Assembly: GCA_964106645.2 (NCBI GenBank)
Contig: OZ067041.1
DNA: 64,000 nucleotides
Source: Podarcis pityusensis
Taxonomy: Eukaryota
Reading direction: 5' to 3' (one strand)
Each line of letters begins with the position of its first letter. The stretch's first letter is position 1. Below, one piece after another: positions 12,787 to 25,253 of this stretch. The notes beneath the pieces are model-generated. The model was not told the origin of the DNA, made no database searches, and was given only the letters and a program-made list of their open reading frames with translations. Both the position numbers and the translations under genes were made by a program.

Positions 12787-13539
12787 GCATACACAATGTG
12801 TATATTTAATGGAAAATTGGCACTAAAAGGCTGATAAATTTCCATGAGGATTTTCCCCCCCCCCAAAAAAAAAGCAAACTGATGTGGAAATGTGGAGAAT
12901 TGAAGTTAAGACTGGGGGGGGGGGGAGGACAGACAGACAGAAATTAAAACTGATAGAATCTCTCTTCCCTCATTACTGGACTATAACTCCCTTCATCCCT
13001 AGCCATTGACCATGCTGGCTAGGCTGATGAGAGCTGGAGTCAATTAACTTTCAGAGAGACACAGGTTCCCCATTCCTGCTTTATAGCCACTTACCTGGGA
13101 GTAACCACCTTTCAACCTAATGGAAGTACGTAACTTATCTGTCATCAAGTATAGGATTTCACTTCATGGCCTATGGCTGTTTGGTTATGGCACCACAATG
13201 CTCTCCCGAAATATATATAATTTTCTAAGTTTTGTGGTATGCTGTTAAATCTTGGAATCCATTTATGTGCTAAGAGATTTGAGCACACATACATTTAGCC
13301 AAGGTCATACCTTTGGCGTTTTCAAGGTAACATTTCGACTGTTCGCAAAAGCAACAAAAATGTTCCTTGAAAGGCCAAGTTTGAGGAAATGTCTTTTAAC
13401 GCCAAGCAATTGAGGCAGATATTACAGTGTAGAATTAATTATCCATTACAGTGAGGTCCCTTACCCCCTTTTCTAACTCTGTAATAGAGAACATTCCTTA
13501 AACCCTTGAGGCAGGGAACTATTCTTGAGAGCATTTGCC

Positions 13540-13800
13540 TCCCAAGTGCTGTGTGAATGTTTCCTTTCATCTGATCGCTTTTCAGAGAAGATCATTCAGT
13601 GTGTGAAAATGTAAACCGGTACATAACCATTTCTTCGTACAAGATAATCAAATACTTAATTATCAATCAAGGGCTGGTTTCTATTGAGATTAAGTAGCCA
13701 CGGCTGTCTTTGTAAATGACCATTGAGCTTTAATAGTCTCTCTCCTAATCAATTTGTTAGAAGATGGTTAAGTCATTCCCACTATGGCTACTGAACACAG
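13540..13800. promoter_or_regulatory. Candidate enhancer / conserved non-coding element
   Basis: Repeat-free stretch with retained CpGs, a PBX-type TTGATTGAT (13662-13670, minus strand), GATA sites and several TAAT cores. Motif evidence only. Confidence 0.3.
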
Positions 13801-15694
13801 ACCAGCTGGTTAGAAAGGAGGTCTGTGTCATCATCCTGTCATTTGTTTATTTCTTCTTCCTCTCAAGAGGCAACACCATTGGCAGGCAAACACTTCCCAC
13901 CATCTGGAGCGAGCTAGGTGACACATATTCAGGCTATTTCTGTGCTGAATAAAGATTTAGGCTTTGATGAAGACTGCGCTGAATTAAAGGGTTAGGCTAC
14001 AATAAGCACGCACACGCACACACTACTTAACAACAAAAAAGCTCCAAATTAAAACAAACAGTGCTGCTACTGTCCTCTGTGCTCCATCCCTCTCATATGG
14101 TCATGTGATATGCACTCTACTGTCATAAGGGCAAATGTAGCATATCAAAGCAAAATTCTCCAGACATGGTATCTTGCCTTGAATAATCTTCAATAGGATT
14201 CAACTGTTACAGTAGACTTGCTTGCACAATACAGCACTTTTGGGCAAGTATCGACATTAGCATCCAAACCTTTGCATGGCTCCCTAATAGAAAAAGGGAG
14301 GAGCAGAGCACAAGGCAGGTCTGCTGAACATCCTAAAGACATTTTATTTGCTGGTGGAGGGGAGGATACAGGTAGTTTGGGGAGCCATTTCTAAGGTGAG
14401 GCAAGGTTTATAAGCCTTTTCATATTTATTCAAGATCAAATGTATAAAATATATGCAGCACATTTTGAGATTGTTTGCTGTGACTCCCCTTTTTTTAGTA
14501 CATCATGGTAACTATAGCAATGTCATCAGCAAAATTGAACAAATTCACATCCCCCTTTGCTTTTTAGATGTTTAAAGGTAAATTATTTGATATTTTTGCC
14601 AAGCACACAGAGTCTCTTACAGCATAAGTCTCACCAAGTTCAATTGAGAGTAAGGGAGATGTGGCCAGAAACAGGGTGTTTCTTTGTGTGGTTTGTGGAG
14701 CGGGGGAGGCCAGGGATCTGCAAGATCCTAAGCTGCCTTGTTTCCTTGACCTATCCTCCATTTAAAAAGGGACCCCCAGATATACCCTTGCCCTGGCATA
14801 GAAAATCCCCTCACATTGGATTCAGTAGGAGGAGGGGGAAAGTTAAAGAACAAAGCCAGACATAATCTTCTGCTCTTGCTAGAGTAAGCTGGTCGGGCTT
14901 CCCCACCACGCTTTTTTAACATGGGATCTCCTCTACCACAGTTTCAGGACTGTCTGGTTTGTCTCTGGTGAATGAGAACAAGACTTTACTGTGAATTGCT
15001 TCTAATAACACAAGATTTAGAATAAGTGAGCTGGACATGATGCCTGCAGGGGAACAAGCAGAAATTGTTTCCCCTGCTTTATTTGACTAGTGCCTCTAAG
15101 TGTTATCCCACGTGTACATACTGTGTTTCCTTAGCTTACGTGGCATAAAAATTGGGGAGCACACACTGACCTAAGTTTCAGAAACAGCTATGGCAGTAAA
15201 AGCCATAGCTATTGATAGTTAACTAGCCTCAACTGTGGAGCTTGTATTTTAGTGGGCTGGGGTGGAACTTCTGATAATGTTGTGGGATCAGCATCTTAGG
15301 AATTTTGCATTGTATCTTATTTTTCAATTTTATAGATTTTAGTTGATTCTGTTTGTATTTTATATTGCTAAGTTGCTTAGATACTTTTTATATAAAGTGT
15401 CTAACAAATATAATATAAAATAATAATTAATGTTCTTCAGTGTTCTGCAGGGCTTGATACTGCTAATACTCTTATTTTACTTCTTCTTTTAACCAAACTG
15501 AAGGAGCGTTTATATTTATATATCAGTAATGTTCAATACTTCTGCTATAAAAAGGGCACTGAATGTAAAGGTAATTGGGAATCTTTGGTAATCATATCAT
15601 GAGAGGCATATGATCAAAGCTTGTGTTAGAGCCAAGAGGTGGATTTGCATACTAGTGAGATTACCTTCTTTCTGTTAACCCTAGTAGCTCAAAC

Positions 15695-15910
15695 TAGGGA
15701 TAGAGGAGAAATTTGTTTGGTCCATATTTCGAAGAGAGTTTACATAATTGGCAAGTCCTGGACTTATTAGGATTGGAGCACAGCTATCAATCAGATCTAA
15801 AGCTTCACTTAATTTTGCAATGAATTTTCAGTTTGAAAAGTGCACATAATGTGTGTATAACAAAAAATGTGTGTAAAATGCATGCAGAATGTCCATAATT
15901 TAAATGAACA
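15695..15910 (+). mobile_element. Partial copy of the TAGGG-ended element
   Basis: Starts tagggatagaggagaaattt and contains aattttgcaatg; similar to 12135-12350. Confidence 0.55.
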
Positions 15911-16129
15911 TGTGCATCTGTGTTTAAACAATCCTCTTAAAAGAAAAAGAAAAACCAAGAGAGAATACATTGAATACATGCCTCAGATTGGAAATAGGTC
16001 GATCCAGACATACTTCAAACCCCAGCTCAGGAAACTTGGGGAAAGAATCTGTATGTTTTCCCATTCACATACTTCAGATGTACCAAAAACAAATTCGTTG
16101 ACTGAAAACCAAATAGGAAGAAAGAAACA

Positions 16130-16450
16130 ACATGATCATCTGCCTGGTCTGTCAAACGCAAGCTATAGTTATCTACAAGTCTTATATTGACCGCAGGCTG
16201 TCAGAAAATGGTCAGAGAGACGCAAGTCTTGTAACAGCGGTGATTGGGGATGCGCTGATCTTAGGTGTTCTGTCTTCCAGACTGAGGTCACGCTCACAGT
16301 GGCTGGGCTCAGCGCTGTTCCTTTTAGTTCCAAGGAGATTAGGCTCCAGGCAGTTTCACTTTACAATGTTTGCAACCAATGTTCCTGCATAAAACAGCTG
16401 TGAAATACCAAGTTCTGTAATGAAGCTAATGTTGCCTGTTGCTTCTTTCC
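16130..16450. promoter_or_regulatory. Candidate enhancer / conserved non-coding element
   Basis: Seven CpGs in about 160 bp of non-repeat DNA, an AGGTCA half-site, an ISRE-like AGTTTCACTTT and E-box CAGCTG. Confidence 0.3.
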
Positions 16451-16529
16451 TGATAGCAGGGTGTTCTCTTCTAAGCTCACTCACACCATATAAATCTGAT
16501 TCATATTTCACTTGGAACATTAAAGACTG

Positions 16530-16565
16530 GTTTGTTTGTTTGTTTGTTTGTTTGTTTGTTTGTTT
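16530..16565. repeat. (GTTT)n microsatellite
   Basis: About 9 units. Confidence 0.95.
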
Positions 16566-17027
16566 GAGAAATTTAAAGGTGAAGCAAATGAGCATGGTTC
16601 CTGGAGGTGCCTGTACCTATTGACTGAGCCAACTGTCTCCTGCAGGGTGCAGGGTGCTCCTTTGCAAATGGCTTCCCTGCAGAGAAGCTGCTTGCCAAGG
16701 AATACTGCAGCAAGGCAGGATCAGTGGATGAGGCCCTGATTCTGCCTGGTGCATGGTGCTATTTTGCAGGTGGGTTCCCTGGAGCAGGATTGGCACCTGG
16801 TAAGTGGAGGCGTTGATCCAAGGGAGAGGCACTCATGGTGCAGTCTCCTTTTCCCCACCCCTCTTCAAGTTTCAGTATATGTTCAATTAGTGTTTTAAAA
16901 CCTTAATTAAACATTAACCCCACTGGAACTTATTTGAGATCTGATTGAGGATGAAGTGAAGGCTGGTTCTAATGTTGATTCAGAGCAGGGCAACCTGACA
17001 CTCTGTGGATCAGAGCCATGGGGCAGA

Positions 17028-17028
17028 T

Positions 17029-17068
<40 letters not shown>
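17028..17068. repeat. Compound (TG)n(AG)n microsatellite
   Basis: Read directly. Confidence 0.95.
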
Positions 17069-20000
17069 TGCACCACCCTAATGCACCACCACAACAGTAA
17101 TAAATAATAATTAGCAGGGGCTCTGGGTATTTGACAGCTGCCTGAGTGGCCAATAGCAACACAGAGAGCTTTTCCCCCCATCACATATAAACAATAGTAA
17201 AGCCATACTGTTGATTTTCTGATATAGCTGTTAAAAGGCACAGAGTATTTGTGTCAACAAACCCTCCATTATTTCACAGTTGAAAACAAGAACCTGCTCA
17301 TAATACCACTATTTTCACATCAGTTATCACTGCCTGTGCCCATTGCACATTTGCTGAAGGGTGTTCTTTCACTGTTGCATGCTCTAATAATTTACTGAGC
17401 AACTACTTGTCCTGCACTGCTTTAAAAACAAATGCATTTAATTATTCAGTTACTTGTGTAATATCAACATTTCTATACTTCAGTAAAATAAAATAATCCT
17501 AGGGTTGTTTATATCAAACAGACGTGACTAATCTGGACACCATCCAGACTCCCATGAAGGCTAGAGGCAGAGATCTGCCATGTTTTCTTTTGATTTGTAG
17601 AGTCAGTAAAGCCAAACCATGTAGCAATAAATGAGTCCTGTTTGCTTTGACCTTTTACCAGTCTTAGTCTTTGGTCAGCTTTTCCACAAGTGCAATGCCA
17701 TACATACTATGCTATGAACTAAAGAGATACCATCAAGCCCTTTCTACTTCTTGGCTATAGGTACTGCTGCTCTTGTGAGTAAATGCCTATTCAGTTCCCT
17801 TAGGTGTGAGATCCCGCTTTGGTCCCATAAACAAGTCCAACAGGGCTAACTCTGGCATCCTAGAAATAACCTGTTTAGTGATGCCATCCATCTCATAAAT
17901 GATTGTTCTTCAGGTGACACAGCCCTACATCAGACCACGGAGATGTTCCTGAAGTAGAAGGGGCATACAGGGGTAAGGTTCCAGCTGTGTACAAATTTGA
18001 CTGCTTGTCTACTACGTAGTCTGGGCCAAAATTGCCTTGAAGGGAGGCTTAGGCACCATGTTGTTCTAGTTTACTTCTCAGCCTTACTGTACAGTATGTC
18101 CAGTGTTTAGAATGAAAGGAATTATTTTGGTTCCCTTGCAACCAGGACAATACGAATTCTTGCAGCATGCCCATCATCTCCTCATTTAGTGATGTTTCCC
18201 CATTTATAAAAGTCATGATGCCTAAATGAATGATTTGTCTCCATTTAGTGATGTTCCATGACCTCTATTTACTACAAAAAGTAGAGTGATATGCTAAAGG
18301 AATCAGAGTTAACCCCCCCCCCCAATGTATCAATGAACTGCCAGTCTGTGTAAGCAGTACTGAGCTAGATGGAACAAAGGTCTCATTTTGTGTAAGGCAG
18401 TTACTACGTTGTTAAAAATAGATTTCAATGTTGACATTTATCACAAACAGTTACTAGATAATAGGGACAGTCCCTAGAGCTCATGGGTTAGCACCAATCT
18501 AATCTTAATAGTGCCTATTCAGAAATTAAATATTATTGAATTTAATGGGCCACAATAAGTTAATCTGTCCCCATTAATGTCAATGGGATTTAAGTCAACC
18601 TATCATGATTGATTTGTCCCATTGATTTCAGCGGGGCTAAAGTTCAACTAACTTACAATGGGTGAGATTTACCTAACAAGCTTCACCAGAGCTTTCACTT
18701 GCACAATGGGGCTTCCCCCCTCCCCTCCCACCCTCGACTATTGGCTTGTGGGGGGCAGGATAGTCCCCAAAACAGTATACAGGGGATCGTTAAGCTGAAA
18801 TGATTGTACAGACAGAATGGTTGTAATAGCACAACATTGAATTCCACCTTATCGGTCCAGAACTTTGTGTCAGCCCCAGCTTGAAGATTACAGACAGGCA
18901 CCTGTGATTTGTCATCAGGGACATCTGATGAGGCTGGTTCATGCTTACAAAATATCACACCCTAAAAAATGTGTTTAAGTTACCATAAAGGTCTTTGTTG
19001 TTTTTGTGGCAACTGACAAGCATGATTACACTAATGGAATTTATGTCTGTTAACTTGTGAGAACTTTAAATGCTGCTTCAAAAACTTGTAAGTTACACAT
19101 AGTGAGCCGTTAAACTTTTATTATGCACAAGCCTGCAGCTCCCTAATTTTCTAATACCTGGCGTTCCCACAATGGAACGTAAAATTCTGGAGCAGACTGC
19201 ACCTTTTCATTAGTTGCAGCTATTTCATTTTGCATAACACTGGCAGACAGTCCCTGAATACTGAATACTGTCCCAAAGGATTTATCAAAATACATCTATG
19301 TGACTGAAAATTTGCATAATATGTTGGTTTTAAAGTGGGGGGTTGTAGGGGGAAAACACATCCAAAAAATGCAAATAAATCCTCGGACAGTGCTAATTGT
19401 GTCCAGCAGTTATTAGAGGAATGTGTTTCTATGGTTTTCTGAGATAAATCTTGTATCACCGTTTTTTAATGCAGTTAGTGAGCAATAGATCTGTAGGCAT
19501 GAATTAGGCCCTTCTAGATGTAACAGTGATGGCACTGTAGCTGCTGTTCGTAGTTTTTTGGAGTAAGATTGTAGTAGGCTGTCCATACCACTGGTTGCAT
19601 CATGTCAGTTTTGGGGAAGGTGACTGTGCTTTTTATGTCCTCACCAAGGACAGGATATATTCAGATTGAGAAAAGTTTTGTGCCAGTAATTACACCCTTC
19701 CATTCGCTTGCTCCACTGACTAGTAAATGTCAGTGTTATGAGGATATGTGCATACACTCACACAAACATACCCCTAGTTCTGGCCCTGTGGTAGATAGCA
19801 GTAACTACTTGAGTTCAAAGTGATTTTCTGAACTATCCAACATTTTAGAGATTGTAGTGGCAGGCCTCCTGTCAAAAACGAGATTTGGAAAAGGTGTGAA
19901 ACAGAAGTCTCTCAAACCCCACCACACATAGAAGTTGGATTTTTTCCCTCAAAAACACCTTTCACACAAGGGAAATATTGCAGAAATATTCTGGATCTTT

Positions 20001-21593
20001 CAGAGAGTTATATCCAATGCTAGTCATTCACAGAGTATACCTATGGGCATAAATAACATAGGTACATTAATTTCAACGAGTCAAATCTGAGTAGAACTTT
20101 TAGGATGGAACCCACATTTTTTGCAATGGAATAAAAAGTGGTGTGGTGGCCCCAATATTCTGGAATAGTGATGGAATGGTAATGATGTCATGTGGAAGCA
20201 TGCAGGAAAGAAGCACAGCAGTTATAAGAACTACAAAAGTTCTGCCTGGAAGGGCTCTGCACTCCTAGACCCAATTATCAGGAAGTAAACTCTAATGAAC
20301 TCAGCAGGACTTGTTTTTGAATACATAAAAACAATTTCAAATTCAATGCAGATACAAACTGGGATTTTTAAAAAAAAAAAAAACCCTCCACTTAAAAGGC
20401 TTGCTGAAAAAGGAGGATTTTCAATAGGTGCTGAAAAGATAATAAATCAATGGAATGGAGTCCCAAAAACCTTCCGCATGGTGCCACCATGGTGCCGGGG
20501 CGGTGCGCTCCCCCTGCATGCCTCTTCCTCCTCCAGTGCCACAGAGTACAGAGATCATTGCAATATCTGCATCACATGCAATATCTGTATCAGGTTGATA
20601 CGGGGATGCTTAAAATAGGGTCTGGTTTTATTTTGTGGTATTCACATTCACATCAGAGTATAGCCATGTGGGGATTGAAAACTGCTTTGTTGACAGACAC
20701 TGCCATATAGCGACTGCTATAGTAACTGGTGCCTTTTGTTGTAAAATAACCTAGAGAAGTCCATGAGCTTGGTTACTCTGCTGCTTGTAAGCCTAGAGAA
20801 TGGGGTGGGATACATTATGTTGGTCCATATATTGTTGTTATAGTGATCTTCAAAATCTCTATTTGTGGAGTTGATAAAAGTTCTGTTTTTTAAAGATTGT
20901 AGAATGGTCTGAAGGAACTTGTGGTAGTTCCATCAATGACATGAAACAGGTGTGAGTCCAACCAATACCTGAAGGGAATGACTCCTTGGAACTAGCCTAT
21001 ATGGCTATTGCTTTGAACTCCTCCTATTAAATATATAGGTTCTTTATTTTTTTAGAAAAAAGTAAAAAGTTCCATATTAGCCCTGCTATCTGTCAGTAAC
21101 AGTAATAGTTTGCTATTATTTTCTGGCTCAGAGATCTAATTCATTCACCTTGAAGGAAAGGAAACTAAATAGCATCCTGAATAATGCATAGGAAACTTGA
21201 GCTATACTACCTCAGGTAGCATTCATAAGCAATTTCATTTCATCAAGGATTTCTTTTATATTTTAGTTTTACAAGATTTGAATTTCTGTTGAGTGCATGT
21301 TCACACTTTTAGGTGTCCATTCTAAAGAGTCCTGGGGATATTTAACATGCAGTTCAAAATCACAGACAGACTTAGGAGTGACACTATGAGTAGTGATAGG
21401 AGGACTCTTCTGCTTAATATGTATGAGAATTTACTGTTCAAAAAGTTACTGAATTGATATTTAAAGAGAACAAAACCACCTATTTTTTCCACAGAACAGG
21501 CTCCGTACTGGCAACTACAATGAAAGCTTTTTGTCAGATTTTTGATCACTTTAATCTCCTTTTGAAAAGTGTGTCTTACATATGCATGTAGAG

Positions 21594-21728
21594 CAGGGGA
21601 AGCCAACACATTGCTCTCCAGATGTTACTGGACTCCATCTCACAGCGGTCCTAGACAGGGCCACCAATGACCAAGGCTAGTGAGGGTTGTGGTTTAACAA
21701 CATGTAGATGGCACCATCTTGGCTACCA
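21594..21728. mobile_element. Degenerate hAT/Charlie-type MITE
   Basis: caggggaagccaac...ctccagatgttactggact...ttggctacc, same architecture as the other copies. Confidence 0.55.
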
Positions 21729-21877
21729 AAGTCCCAACACTTGATGACTCACAAGAAGAATTGAAGTCATTTTAAAATATTGAGTTGGATCCAGAGATTT
21801 GGTGAGTAGAACTCTGCTGACAGGATATTCCCACTGGAGGGAGTGGGGAGGCAGATTTGATCTATGTATGGGACAGC

Positions 21878-21960
21878 TGCATATTCCTGCATTGCAGGGA
21901 CTTGGACTAGATTATCATCAGGGTCCCTTTCAATTCTATGATTCTAAGATCTATGATCTA
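21878..21960 (+). mobile_element. CR1 LINE 3' end
   Basis: ttcctgcattgcaggg...ggactagat...gggtccctttcaattctatgattcta, with the (ATTCTATG)-type terminal repeat. Confidence 0.8.
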
Positions 21961-22075
21961 AGATGGAAGTATGAACTGGATTGGGGAAACTTCAAGGTTT
22001 CCAGTAGTACATAAAATACCTTAAGAAACCTATGGGGTGAACCATTCAAACAGTGGCTATGAAATACTATCTGTT

Positions 22076-22630
22076 TGAGGGTGGGGAAACAAAATTTGGT
22101 TCCATTAGCATTTAAACTAAAGTAATGAACTAAAACATAACCATCTCTTGAAATTTGCACTTCTCTGAATTTTGCAGTCCAGTTTTCCAACCAAGTGCTA
22201 TGTACAACTATGCATATACTAGGGTAAGGTAAAGGTAAAGGACCCCTGGACAGTTAAGTCCAGCCAAAGGCAACTATGGGATTGCGGTGCTCATCTCTCT
22301 TTCAGGCCGAGGGAGCCAGCATTTGTCCACAGACAGTTTTCTGGGTCATGTGGCCAGCATGACTAAACCACTACTGGCGCACAGAGGACCGTGACAAGTG
22401 CCAGAGCACATGGAACCGCCGTTTACTTTCCCGCCGTAGCAGTACCTATTTTATTTACTTACACTGGCATGCTTTCTAACTGCTAGGTTGGCAGGAGCTG
22501 GGACAGAGCAATGGGAGCTACCCCATCGTGGGGATTGGAACCACCAACCTTCCAATCAGCAAGACAAGAGGCTCAGTGGTTTCGACAACATGTGCATAAA
22601 AATTGATATATTTGTGAAAATGCAAAAACT
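22076..22630 (+). mobile_element. Partial TAGGG-family element interrupted by a Sauria SINE
   Basis: gaaatttgcacttctctgaattttgca...catatactagggtaa precedes the SINE and tgtgcataaaa follows it. These pieces are contiguous in the copy at 12280-12310. Confidence 0.7.
22227..22590 (-). mobile_element. Sauria SINE (Squam1), diverged subfamily, slightly 5'-truncated
   Basis: (ACCTTT)n tail, ggtcatgtggccagcatgact core and tRNA-like B box. Aligns by eye with 28342-28692. Confidence 0.92.
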
Positions 22631-23876
22631 ATCCTACTAGTGGGCAGGATCCTAAACAGGAAGCATTCCATACTGCAACAACTTGTTGCAGGTCCCAATG
22701 GTATCAATATATTTGCATGTTCTTCATTACTTGGTAGGACATACAGAAAACCAGATGATGCAAGAAGTTGCATAGATACCATGGTAAGCTGCAGACTTCT
22801 ATATTAACCAATTGATCTTTCTACTGCTAAGTTCTGTGCTCGATCAACTGCATCATGCCTGCTCAATCTGGAGATTGCCCTCCGACTGAACTAATCACTC
22901 ATTCAGAGCATTCCCCCCCCCCTTTATCTTTTTGTCATCATGTCTCATCACAAGGAAAAGAAAACTCTCCAAGAGCTCAGTATCAAATAAATGTGCAAGG
23001 AAGCTAACGAAGCTAAATCAGAAAGTCAGGCAGGAGCTCATCAGGAATGATACATCACTTAAAGAAGAAAGAGCGAGTGAAGGTGGGATTTCTCACTGAC
23101 AGCCCAGCATCTGCTAGCTCTCTGGGGAAGCACAAAACACTGTGATACTTTCTGAAGCTCAATATTTACCTGACAAGAGTTAACCCAGAGGTGGTCACGG
23201 CATTAACACACATTGAAATGATTCTGCTTTTTTAATTCCTATCATGGGCAAGATCAAACACATAATAACAGTCAAACAGAGGCCTCAGGAGATATCTCAA
23301 CCCAGCATTTATTCCAGGACCTAAGGAGTCATTAGCAGGACCTAGTGTAGCTGCCATTTTACATCATGGCATTAGCAATTTAATTTTATTTATTTATAAA
23401 AAATACTTATAAGCCACCAATTCATTTAAAAGATCAAGGCGACATATAATAAAACCATTAAAAGATTATAAAACTGTAAAATTCAAAACAAATGTCATCC
23501 GCAGTTCTCCCATGAATGACTTATAGATGATTTTGGTCTTGCATGCTATCCCTGGAAACAAACCCTTAAGTTGTGAGTCACCTGTTCATGCAACATTATC
23601 CCGTTCCTTTCTGTTTTTTTCTGAGGTGCAAAGTTGCTTTTGTCCTCAATCATTTTATTGGCATCTCATCACTTTTAAACCTTTATTCATTTATAAACAA
23701 ATATCACAACTGCAGTAGTAACGTGGCTATTGTTGGCTCCCAAGAGCAAGTGCACTAAAATTGGTCCGCGCAAAATTCCAAAATTAAGTGTGGTCATCAA
23801 ACCCAGTGCAATTCTGTCTATGTACAGTAAATATCGCAAGAAGAGTATTGTTCTTTTCCCAAAATACACATGTGAA

Positions 23877-24044
23877 CAGTGCTTTTTTCTGGGGGGACGC
23901 ATACTCCTATCTAAACATTTTGTGAATCTTTGTACTTTTGTCCATTTACTGTATTTATTTTCTCTGATTTGAACTATAAAATAGTGATCTTCTTGAGTCA
24001 AAATGAGAGTACCCCTAAACTTTTTTTTAAGAAAAAAAGCACTG
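23877..24044. mobile_element. hAT-type MITE
   Basis: TIR CAGTGCTTTTTTCT / AGAAAAAAAGCACTG. 8-bp TSD CATGTGAA (23869-23876) / CATGTGAG (24045-24052). Confidence 0.88.
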
Positions 24045-24989
24045 CATGTGAGACATTTATAGAAGCAAATGTGTGTCTTGGCACACCTGTGGATCTGGTT
24101 ACACAACCCAGCTAGGCCGTGTGAGTCTGAAATCAGAGGCTGGAGAGTTATTTCCAGGAGTAAAAGTTTCATGTGCTCATACCCATCATCTATTAGCACT
24201 AAGCTGTTCAGAGGAAAGCAGAGGACCCTCTCCCACCCACCCAATCAAACAGATGATGCTCCGTGACTTTGAACTTCTCAGAGGCATCTGGCTGACTGCT
24301 ACTGAAAGCTAAATGCTGGCTGGGATGAACTTTTGGTCTCCTCCAGCAGGATTGTTCTTTCTTTATTTCCACACAATGGATTGTAAGCAGGTGGTGAGAT
24401 GTTTGTTGAAATTGGCCCCCCGTGAAAACTGTGGAGCGTAGTACCCCAGAGAAATGGCTGGTTTCCCAGTCTTGTCTGCAGTGTGCCAGTTTTGGCAGGT
24501 TTCTTGTGAGCATGATTGCAGGCAAACATCTCTCGACAGGAAAGTGAAGGGCTAATATGCCCGGCGGATGTTACTATGCCACCTGAGAAATAGGTGTATG
24601 GATCATCATCAGTACCACTGTTCTCACTCCCAGTTTATAGCCATTATTCATGAATTAAATAGTTCCTACAGGTTTTCTGCTCTGTGGCTCAATTTCCCAG
24701 CCAATGATGTTTGCAGCTCATTTAAATTATTAGCTGGATGGGCTTGGATCCTAAGATAATGTAACTGATGTCCATGGAAGGAAATTTTCCCACCACCTCC
24801 TTCCCCCCTGTAGCCACCTGCACTTCCAAAAGCCTTCCTGGATGGTTGGGAGGCTCCTGAGTAATGAGCCATAGGATGGCAGACTAGCCCAAAATCAGAC
24901 TTGGATCCTAAGATAAGTTGCCTTGAGGAAGCTCATAGAAAGAACACTTCCCATCCTCCCTTTCTCTCCGTCCCCACCAACATCCCATC

Positions 24990-25214
24990 TAAGAATGGGT
25001 GAATATACCAAATTCAGTTTTTCATTTTTTCAGGCCAAAGTTGTTAGTCTCTCCACATTGCCACACCAGGTTGTAATTCTTTTAAAAAGCATTCATGAAA
25101 ATTCATCTGCATCTGGGTGAAAAATTCTCCTTAGATATGCATGTGTGCACTTTTGCTGAATATAAATATCTTTTCATCGTAACTTCCCCTTCTGTAACAC
25201 ATTTTTGTATGTAT

Positions 25215-25253
<39 letters not shown>

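Larger units (their letters stand above)
12135..12971 (+). mobile_element. Old ~430-bp TAGGG-ended AT-rich element (putative hAT derivative), interrupted by two L2 tails
   Basis: Starts TAGGG and ends CCCT(C). Diagnostic gaaatttgcacttctctgaattttgca and catatactagggtaaagtgtgcata. Collinear with the uninterrupted inverted copy at 62870-63303. Confidence 0.7.
12097..13078. mobile_element. hAT/Charlie-type MITE split by nested insertions (own sequence 12097-12134 and 12972-13078)
   Basis: The two halves rejoin into the ...agatgttgctggactacaactccc... core. TSD CTTTACAG (12089-12096) / CTTTATAG (13079-13086). Confidence 0.75.

Noticed and set aside
23687-24244. 185-aa ORF
   Set aside because: It runs straight through a hAT MITE (23877-24044), so it is not a coherent gene.
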